NCBI GenBank assembly: GCA_037917685.1
Contig: JAVCBU010000003.1
Span: forward strand, 160,001 to 224,000
DNA from: Thermoproteota archaeon
GTDB taxonomy: Archaea > Korarchaeota > Korarchaeia > Korarchaeales > JAOZGB01
Direction: 5' to 3'
DNA length: 64,000 nucleotides
Position numbers and translations under genes: made by a program. Position 1 is the stretch's first letter. The number at the start of each line of letters is the position of its first letter. The notes under the pieces were generated by a model. The model ran no database searches. It had not been told where the DNA came from and worked only from the letters and a program-made list of their open reading frames with translations. Positions 9,720-18,400 of this stretch are shown piece after piece.

Positions 9720-9865
9720 TAAGTTTCTTCGTGTAGTCTCACCTTAAAATCTCTCAGTAGCTCATATACACGTCTAAACATGTAACTTTCAAACACGCTT
9801 TCACCCGCTAGGGTGGCTCCCCAGTCGAAGAAGATCCACTTCAAAATAGAAAGTCTTGAGATCAT
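9698..9865 (-). pseudogene. HAD-superfamily hydrolase N-terminal fragment
   Basis: MISRLSILKWIFFDWGATLAGES (motif I-like); frame runs into the IS-like end and stops. Confidence 0.55.
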
Positions 9866-9929
9866 TCAATGTACCAAATACTTCTTTACTTTCTTTAATA
9901 TTCAAATTCATAGGCTTGTACTGTGCTCC

Positions 9930-10193
9930 CTACGTAGGTTTACCTTTCCTTTTCAGCTCTTCTTCCATTACTACTATTTTTATCTCTCTAATTCTCTTTA
10001 GTTTTCGATCGTTTGTTACGAACGCGTCGGCATTCTCACCCAGGGACGCCCCTACTTGCAGGGCGTCGGGTGGCCTAATATCGTATTTGGCCCTGAGTTC
10101 TGCTGCCTTCTCAGCCACTTCAGTGTCTATAGGCCTTATCTTCAGGTTTGGGATGAGGAGTACATAGTTTAAGCCGTTCAGCAGCTGCTCCAC
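9930..10193 (-). pseudogene. PIN/VapC toxin, C-terminal half only
   Basis: AEKAAELRAKYDIRPPDALQ...FVTNDRKL; N-terminal DT motif absent. Confidence 0.75.
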
Positions 10194-10356
10194 ATAGAGA
10201 CGTCATGGCCAAGTCGAAGTCATAGTCCTCGGTAGCCCCAAAGCCTTCCCTTATGATTTAGAAATTTGAACTTCCAGGCTCCAGCCCTATGTTCATAGTG
10301 AGCTGCCTGCCCTTTTCTCTTCCATTTTAATCGTTGACAAGTTGCCTCAGTTTGAT

Positions 10357-10379
10357 GTAAGATGTAAGACGTAAGATTT
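10357..10379 (+). promoter_or_regulatory. Three tandem GTAAGA(T/C) heptads abutting the TATA box of the AbrB-PIN operon
   Basis: gtaagat gtaagac gtaagat then ttatattt; probable antitoxin operator. Confidence 0.45.
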
Positions 10380-10415
10380 ATATTTTCGGGTTTCTTCTAG
10401 CTATAGGGGGCTTTC

Positions 10416-10679
10416 TTGGTTGAGTATAAGGGTAGGGTTTCAAGTAAGGGTCAGATAGTTATCCCTAAGGAGCTTAGGGAGAGGTATGGGTTTAGACGGG
10501 GTGTTGAAGTGGTGTTTAGGCCGTATGGGAAGTATAAAATTATTATTGAGCGTCAGCCCACGTTAAGTGAGCTTTTCGGATTCCTCGGAGATGCTAGGGC
10601 TACCAGAGTACTGGATGAGGAGAGGGGTAAGGAGGCTGAGTCTGAGGCTGAGAGGGAGGAAGAGCTGGTGAACCCGTGA
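10416..10679 (+). CDS. AbrB/MazE/SpoVT-family antitoxin
   Basis: RVSSKGQIVIPKELRERYG. Confidence 0.9.
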   Translation: MVEYKGRVSSKGQIVIPKELRERYGFRRGVEVVFRPYGKYKIIIERQPTLSELFGFLGDARATRVLDEERGKEAESEAEREEELVNP

Positions 10680-11146
10680 TGAACAGGCTTGTCTTCGACA
10701 CAGGCCCGTTCCTCCTGCTCTTCACCAGAGAAGAGGGATCTGAAACTGCAAGAAATATGGTTTTGATGCATGAGAGGGGACACCTGGAAATATACATGCA
10801 CCCAAACAATCTTGCTGAAGCATATAGGGTTATAGGTAGAATTAGAAGTGAACAGTCTAGCCTGCTGATCAGGGATATCACCCCTGATGAAGTTGTGAGA
10901 TCTGCCTATGCAACCCTAAAGGTGGTAAGCAACGTTGAGACGACCCTAGCCTTAGGCTTTCTAAAACACAAGTATAGCTCAAAGCCGTGGGGAGACCTCT
11001 CATCGGCAGCCCTATCAATAAGCCTGTCAAAAAGGGGAGTGAATGCCCCAGTAGTTATCCTAGACAGGGAAAAACATTTTGAAGACATAGAAGAAGTGGA
11101 GGCAGTTAAAATATCCAAGTTACCCAAGGTTATACCCACCCAGTAG
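10676..11146 (+). CDS. vapC: PIN-domain (VapC-like) toxin
   Basis: LVFDTG, NLAE, WGD, LDREKHF; overlaps the antitoxin stop. Confidence 0.8.
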   Translation: MMNRLVFDTGPFLLLFTREEGSETARNMVLMHERGHLEIYMHPNNLAEAYRVIGRIRSEQSSLLIRDITPDEVVRSAYATLKVVSNVETTLALGFLKHKYSSKPWGDLSSAALSISLSKRGVNAPVVILDREKHFEDIEEVEAVKISKLPKVIPTQ

Positions 11147-11562
11147 TCATTCAAGAAGGAAGCAATGCCCGCAACAACATGTTATCCAGCAGCTTAATCT
11201 TATAGCTGGCCCGGCTTAGTTAAGATGCCGCCAGCAGGATGACATCCCATAAAAGTTACATAACACTCTTAGAAACATTTCAAGAAGGCGACTCTCAGAC
11301 TTTAAACTAACGCCACATTACAACCAGCTAGCTATAGCCGTCAAACTACAGTCAAGCTTTAGAAGGGAGGCATGGATTCACACGGTTAGTCCAGCCTAGG
11401 CTGTCCTCATCAAGAGATATACGAAATAAAATGTTTATTTTATCCTTTCAAACTTACAGAGGCGGGGGTTTAAGATCCCCGGAGACCGTTGGATTCTACA
11501 ATTTCCCACAGGGCGGAAAGAGAATCAAATGTTTAAATATTTCGCTTCCTAAACTAGACTTG

Positions 11563-12579
11563 ATGCGTGTAAGCAAAGTACTAATACTGTTTCTTATGTT
11601 CCTAGTCCTAGCAGCCTTCATATTAGTAACCTGGAGAAAGAGGAGTAAAGGCATATCAGAGAATCTAGCAGGCAAGGTACTCTGTAACATTGTCTATAAT
11701 ACTGTGGACGGTGTAAATCTGAGGCTGGACATATATTACCCTGAAGATATTGGAAGCCAGCCTCTGCCAGCCGTTGTCTATGTACATGGAGGGGCATGGG
11801 TCTCAGGAAGCAAGGAGGGGGGTTCCGGGATGCGTGACCTCCACGCTCTTGTGGAGAACGGCTTTATAGGAGTATCCGTAGATTACAGGCTTGCTCCTGA
11901 ATATGGGTTTCCAGCCCAGATAGAAGATGTTAAATGTGCGATAAGATTTCTAAGGGAGAATGCTGAGAAATACCATGTTGACCCGGATAGGATAGGTATC
12001 ATGGGTACAAGCGCCGGGGGGCACCTTGCAGCGCTCGCCGGGCTCGCTGACGAGTCCTGCGGCTTTGATGTTGGGCCTTACCTGGAGCAGTCGAGCAGAG
12101 TACAGGCTGTAGTTGACATGTTCGGCCCAGCAGATCTCACAGTGGTGCCAGAGGACAAGAGGGAGCTGATAATAGGGGTTTTCAAATCCGTAGACCCGGA
12201 GACGCTTGCCTGGGCCAGCCCTATCACCTACATTTCACCGGATGACCCCCCATTCCTGATAATCCACGGGGAAAACGACCGTGTGGTCGATGTTAACCAG
12301 TCAATCAGGCTTTATGAAGCTTTAAGACAGGCAGGCGTGGAGGTAACTCTGGTCATCGTCAAAAAAGCCGGACACGGTCTCAAGCCCTCAGGTGGAACCC
12401 CAGAACCAAGTCGTAGCGAGGTAACAGCTTTAATAGTTAAATTCTTCGCTGAAAAACTTAGCCTCCGACATAGATCACAACTATACTCGATTTTCGGCAG
12501 CCTTCACCCAGTGAAAGTATTGAATGCCCAATTTAATCTGTGCGAGACGCCTGTAAAGCGGTATGCAATGATACCTTAG
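11563..12579 (+). CDS. Secreted alpha/beta-hydrolase (esterase/lipase, HSL-like)
   Basis: HGGAW, GTSAGG, HGEND, AGHG; likely ATG at 11563 with TATA near 11532 (track ORF starts at 11431). Confidence 0.9.
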   Translation: MRVSKVLILFLMFLVLAAFILVTWRKRSKGISENLAGKVLCNIVYNTVDGVNLRLDIYYPEDIGSQPLPAVVYVHGGAWVSGSKEGGSGMRDLHALVENGFIGVSVDYRLAPEYGFPAQIEDVKCAIRFLRENAEKYHVDPDRIGIMGTSAGGHLAALAGLADESCGFDVGPYLEQSSRVQAVVDMFGPADLTVVPEDKRELIIGVFKSVDPETLAWASPITYISPDDPPFLIIHGENDRVVDVNQSIRLYEALRQAGVEVTLVIVKKAGHGLKPSGGTPEPSRSEVTALIVKFFAEKLSLRHRSQLYSIFGSLHPVKVLNAQFNLCETPVKRYAMIP

Positions 12580-12955
12580 AGCTGAACAAGCATATTTCAG
12601 ATCCTGGCTTGTGTGCCATCATACGCTCTTGAATAGGCCCTATAACAGCATCCCTACAGGTGGACAGTTCTCCAAGGGTCTCCCTTTCTGGGAGAATGCA
12701 TCCCTCTACCTCCAAGTATACGGTTACATCACCGATCAGCTTAGCATATTTTCCTCTCACTGCTAACGATATTTCTTTTGGTTCTTCAAATTGTTCATAC
12801 CCTATTTTCTCAGCGAACTCCCTGTTAAAGTAGCTTCTGTAAAGCTTATATTCTTTTTTACGCGTCCCCGAAACGTCTCTAACGGTAAGCGAGAATGGAA
12901 CCTCAAAAAACTTTCTTAAAGCATCATCCTTAATAGTTTCTATGTCCCGAAGAAA
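12533..12955 (-). pseudogene. Retropepsin-like (clan AA) aspartic protease remnant
   Basis: RSYFNREFAEKIG...ISLAVRG..LIGDVTVYLEVEG...DAVIG; the catalytic D[TS]G segment is missing and the upstream part is frameshifted. Confidence 0.45.
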
Positions 12956-13127
12956 TCAGGTATCTCTACATCAACTCCTTCGAGCTTAAACGCTACCATT
13001 TCTCGATCTATCTTAGATTTCAACCCTCTCCAAGCTGAAAGTAGGACATTAGGGTTTATAACGACAAGCTTTATGCAGATATAACAACAAGTTTTAAATA
13101 TGACATATAGTTACTGTTATCGATGAT

Positions 13128-14855
13128 ATGAACCCTGAATGCTTTTTACGTGTCCTCCCCCTGTTCCTAGCCATGCTGATCCTGTATACACCTGCTTACA
13201 CGGTTGTTTCCCCTCCAAGCCTGCTTGTTTTGGCAAATTCGGTCGACTACAGCCTTGCTGGGGGCTTGTTCGACTACCTCGAGGCTGAGGGAGTTAACTA
13301 TACCCTGATCCAGCTCCCTGGGGACGAGTTGAACCCTGAATGCTTGGATGAGGACATGGCAAGATTTGACGAGGTTAAGGCGGGCTACAGAGTGATCCTG
13401 ATACTCGGGGGCCACAAAGCATACGGGTGTGTCGGGTTTATAGTTGGTGGCATTCTGAATGAGAGTGAGAAGCGAACACTGGAGCGGGAGGGAAGCGTCG
13501 CCGTTTTCGTCAAGAGGGACGTCTGGGCTGAGGGGCAGACCGTGCTTGTAGCCGCGGGTAACACTAGAAATGAGACGTGCGAGGCCCACCTTTACTGCAG
13601 AGAGATGGTCAGGGACATAGTTAAGTATACGTTGCTGTACGTGATACCCCATGACCTTGACGGATACCCTGATCCATACAGTGTCTGGGAGCCCCCTGGC
13701 TCAGACTTCAATAATGTAACGGTGCCTGGTGGGTACTCTTCAAGGGTATGGCTTATAGAGGGCGAAACCTTCGTAGTTGCAGCAGTATTGGACATGGGAA
13801 CAGAAGACAAGGCTATAGGTGCGTACAGGAATCTCTCCAGAGGCCACAACGAGACCTCAATAGACATCGGAGAAGAGGGATTCTACGACGAGGAGAACAG
13901 CAGCCTCGGAACGGTAGGCTTCAGACTCGTAGGATTCAGAAGAGGGAGATGCGTGGCGATAGTCGGCGGAGGAATACTCAGCAACACCTCAACTCCACCT
14001 TCAAGAAGCCTACTGACAGACCTAGCACGGAGAATCGACGACGAGCTTCAACACAACATACGATGTGTATTCGAAGGTGACATAGCCCTAATCCTATCAG
14101 TCCAAGCCGTGCCCCCAGTGAGACATGGCGGAGGCGAGCTACAGGCTCCGATAGGCGCGCCTGTCAAGGTTACGTCGAAAACAATAAAGGTGAATATGAT
14201 AGGTGCTGGCGCGAACCAGGGGAAAAGATACGTCGGCTACATAAAGCTAAGATTCAACGTATCAGAGATCGGACGGGCCATGGAGTGTCCCGAGGGATGC
14301 CCTTACCTTGAGGTAAGGGTTTACATCATGGAGATCCACATAGACAAGAAGGCCGACGATGGAGACGACAGGCTATTCAGAGACGGTTGCGACCCCATGA
14401 TAGGCGGGACAATAAACCTCTACTTCAAATGCCACGGCGAGTTACTTGAAGCGAAGCAGCTAAGGTTCGTGACAGCGCAACTCAGGGGGTTAGACGGCAA
14501 GGGACACACAATAACCGAATTCTATAACGGGAGAACCATGTACTCAATCCGAAAATACATCAATAAAACCACCGGATGCGCTGATGAGATAACTGTCACA
14601 TGCGACCTCCTTCTGAGAGACAGTGACGACGGCGATCTAGCCGACATCCTAAACGTTATAGTCAGCCTTGCTTTGAAGAAGGCAGGCGCAGGAAAGGCTG
14701 CTGGAGCCGTCCCAAAGCAAATAAATACACTGAAGAAAAAGGGCAGGGACACAACTGGGCCTAAGCCGTTCCAAATACTCAGAAGTATAAGTGGGAACGA
14801 CGTGGGGGAAGCCCACCTAGAGCAACCAACAAAAATATATCCTCCAGAGGAGTAG
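13128..14855 (+). CDS. Secreted multidomain surface protein of unknown function
   Basis: Signal peptide; N-terminal LANSVD...ILILGGHKA...AAGNTRNET surface domain; acidic beta-rich C-terminal domain. Confidence 0.7.
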   Translation: MNPECFLRVLPLFLAMLILYTPAYTVVSPPSLLVLANSVDYSLAGGLFDYLEAEGVNYTLIQLPGDELNPECLDEDMARFDEVKAGYRVILILGGHKAYGCVGFIVGGILNESEKRTLEREGSVAVFVKRDVWAEGQTVLVAAGNTRNETCEAHLYCREMVRDIVKYTLLYVIPHDLDGYPDPYSVWEPPGSDFNNVTVPGGYSSRVWLIEGETFVVAAVLDMGTEDKAIGAYRNLSRGHNETSIDIGEEGFYDEENSSLGTVGFRLVGFRRGRCVAIVGGGILSNTSTPPSRSLLTDLARRIDDELQHNIRCVFEGDIALILSVQAVPPVRHGGGELQAPIGAPVKVTSKTIKVNMIGAGANQGKRYVGYIKLRFNVSEIGRAMECPEGCPYLEVRVYIMEIHIDKKADDGDDRLFRDGCDPMIGGTINLYFKCHGELLEAKQLRFVTAQLRGLDGKGHTITEFYNGRTMYSIRKYINKTTGCADEITVTCDLLLRDSDDGDLADILNVIVSLALKKAGAGKAAGAVPKQINTLKKKGRDTTGPKPFQILRSISGNDVGEAHLEQPTKIYPPEE

Positions 14856-15180
14856 GCATAGATCCAAACCATGCCCTACTCCCATTTTCTTTTACCTAAC
14901 ATGAAGAGAATAACATAAAAGCCCCGTATAGAACGCAGATGGCCTTGCAGAGCCGACTGTGTTCTCTATTACTTGGTTAGTTGGCCTTCCTGTAACACTC
15001 CTCGTGTATTATTTTAGCCAGTTCATCCGGGTTCTGGGTGAAGTAGTATGCTCTAGGCTGTGAGGAGCTGTATATCTCCATAACCCCGACCTTAAGCTCC
15101 CAGAGAGACATGTTCACACCACTCCTCACCACGAGAGCCTATCAAGATCTACGACGTCAGTGACTGGCAGGGGGTCAATG

Positions 15181-15350
15181 GGATGCACCACAGACATACT
15201 TATATCTACACTGGCCACACCCGTCTTCAAGCAGTTCACGGTCTCTGAGTCTGTTCAGCACCTCCAAGTATCAATAAAATTTTCCAGCGACAAACCAAAG
15301 GTTGCCGAACACAGGTCCCCGCCTACACGGCCCCGCACCTGTGAACCATT
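15181..15350 (-). pseudogene. Radical SAM SPASM-domain remnant
   Basis: EVLNRLRDRELLEDGCGQCRYKYVCG plus upstream RCGA, similar to the C-terminus of the 54200-55666 product. Confidence 0.65.
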
Positions 15351-15460
15351 ATTCCAGAGCCTGGGTTTTGAATCTGAGCTCCGGACATCCTCTCGACCCA
15401 ACAATTCTCAGTGATGGTTAATTTATCAACAGCGAGATATAGGTGTGGATTTCCCGGTGC

Positions 15461-18400
15461 TTACTGTGTCACCAGTATTGTTTGTGAACTGGTTTGATAT
15501 CTGTTCTCCGGGTTATAATAGTCCTGTACACTTGCCGGCGGCACTGTTGCCTTGAGAGGGTACTTGGCTTGGATTTTAAACTGGAATGTAAACGTTACAC
15601 CTGGCTTTATAGCCCCTGTTAGGAAGTCTATCCTTGTGGGGCTATGTACTTCGTATCTTTCGAGGTATGGGGATGTGCTTATAGCCTCTTCGAGTGAGGT
15701 AATGTTTACTGTGAAGCCTGGTGGGAGGCCTATTGTTATGAACAGCATGTTTATGGTTGGGAGTTGGCCTGTGATGCTTGGTATTCCGAGGTATGCCACG
15801 TAAACCTTTACCGTTACAGTTCCGCCCTGGCTTATCATGGTGCTGTCAAGCTCCCTCCTAATGATGAGAGGCTTGTCTGAGACTGTTATTCCAACAGGGT
15901 TCCCAACCGCTACAGGTCTTCCTTCTATGAGCGCCGCCGGCCCTGGGAAAATGTAGTCTCCTGGTATCAGGCCTGTAGCCTCGTATTCTATGACAGCCGT
16001 GCCTCCAGGCTCAACTGTGACATGGAAGGTTAAGACACCCTTGTCCAGCTGGCTGGGCGAGGTGTTTGATATGAAGCCTGCTGGTAGGGGGTCTCTTATC
16101 CGGAGTGTTAGAGTTCTATGCTCCCGGTTTGTCACGGTTAGCCTGACCTTTACGGGGACTCCTACCATTGTTACGGGTATGCCTGCGATGGTTTCAACAT
16201 GCTTCTCCACCGTTATCCTCCTTTCAACGCCTTCCCCAGCTATGCTTACCATGGCTGGGTTCGCCTCAGCCTTCAGGTTTCCCCCGTATCTCCCCTGGTA
16301 CAGGAGCATGTACTCCACGGTGGGGTTGATGGTGTAGGTTCCCTCCTCCTCCGCCTTGAAGTATAGGGTGACGGTTTCAGGCTCTCTTAGCTCTGTGATG
16401 TACCTTGTCCCACCCCCGAGAACCTGCAGGCCCATTGGGGGCCTAACTGTGACCCTCACCATCACAGGGGTGAGGTCTCCTCCCGGAGGGGTGACGGTAA
16501 CGTTTAACTGGAATATTTCCCCCCTTCTAGCCCTCTGGTTCAGCGGGGTTGCTAAGCATGTGACGTTGTCTCGCAGCCACTGCCTTACGACAAGCTGGTA
16601 CATGAATAGGCCTTTCCCCGTAAGCCTGATGGTTACATTGTTCATGCCTGTCCGTAGCCATGCTGCTATGGGGAATATTCTCTCAACGTCTGAGGTTTCG
16701 GGTGTTACATGTTCGCTGTACGCTAGGAGCCCGTTTACTGTTATGGTTATGGTTGCGTCTGCTTCAGCTACCCCCTTCCTCTCTGCAATCCTTACTAGGA
16801 GCTCTAGGAAGCCGCATGTGTCGCTTGTGGTTCTTATCCATCCTCCTGGGGATCTGTGCTTAACAAGCCAGTCCACTATTTTCCTAACCATGTCATGGTG
16901 TCCTCCAGCCATTACTAGGGCTATCCCGGCGTAGGCCGTGTTTTCGGTGTCGCCCGCGAAGCTGCTGCCCTTAGGAAAGTGTATTCCATATTCGTCTTCG
17001 ACGGCGAGGCTTAGAAGGCTGCTTACAGCCTTCTCCAGCGCCTGGTCGCCCTCCGGGACGTCTGCAAGCTTGAAGCATACTATCGAAAGTGCTAGGCCAT
17101 ACGAGTCTTCAATCCTGTCATGTAGAACTCTACTTCTAAGGTAGTTCAGTGCTTTCGCAACCTTTGGGTTTTCAGGTGGCACCCCCGACCTCAGTAAGCC
17201 CCTGAGTACGAAGCCTGTCATCACGAACTCGTCAGGCTTATAGGAGCCGTGCCCGTAGAACCCTACTGGCGGGAAGCTTCCATCCTGGTTCTGCTGCTCC
17301 ATTATCCATGCCTGAAGCCTTTCTACAACCCTGTCGTCAATGTCAAACCCGGCCTTTTCGGCTTCCCCAAACGTGTTCAGGATCCAAGCAGACATTCCAA
17401 GGTTGTCCTCGTCCGTTGCATACCAGCCCATGCCCCCCGACGGGTGCTGCCTCGAAACAAGGGTTTGGAGGCCTGTCTGAGCGTAGGCTTCCAGTTTAGC
17501 CCTTAACTCCGGTGTTAGCTTTCCCTCCCTGTCAAGGTAGTTTAGGATGAGGATGTCAGGTATGAGCCTTGAAGAAACCTGCTCGTTGCACCCTCCGGGG
17601 AATCCTATGAGGGCTTCTAGGCCGCCGATGAACATCGACTCGTAGCCTGGGGATATTCTTACAAAGGCTTCCGTGGCATTTCTAATTGCTTTTGGATGAA
17701 CGAGGAAGGCTTCTGAGACATCTGATTTTAGATCCCCGTTCCTATTGATCTCCATGGGGAGGCCGTTAGGCTCGACTTTAACCTGCCTTCTAACCGCGTC
17801 CAACCTGTCAGCCGCCTCAGCATAGACTGTCAAGTAGTGTAGGCCGGGCTCTAACGCCTTAATCCTCCAGTAGACACCCATCACAGAGTTGGCGGGAACG
17901 GTAACCCGCTTCCCCCCATCATCCAATAGTCTAAACCATTTTTCAGGCTTAATTCTCAGTGTAGCATTTAGCTCCCTTCCTGCATAGTTGTATACAGCTA
18001 CCCTTAGGGATATCTCATCGTCCTGGGTAAGCCTAAGCGGGATGTCCGGTTCCACGAAGAAGTCCTTGAAAACCCTTATGGATCCCTGCCCGACGGCTAT
18101 CCTCCCATCCTTTGTCGATGCTATGGCCTTCACACTCCAGGTGGTGATCGTATGTGCCATCACCAGGTTTACCTCTGCATGCCCGGATACCGGGAGGGAG
18201 GGGCTCCAGAACAGTGTTTCAGGGAAGAACCATCTAACCTCCTGGGCTGCTGATCCAGCTTCCCGGCTGCTCGCCTCCTCATATACTTCCTGGTCCCCAC
18301 CAGCTACCTCTGGAGCCACCCCCTTCCTAACAAACTCAGGACCCATCATGACCGGCCTTGGAACCCCCCATCTCTCGACAAGTATGCCTCCCCGAGGTCT

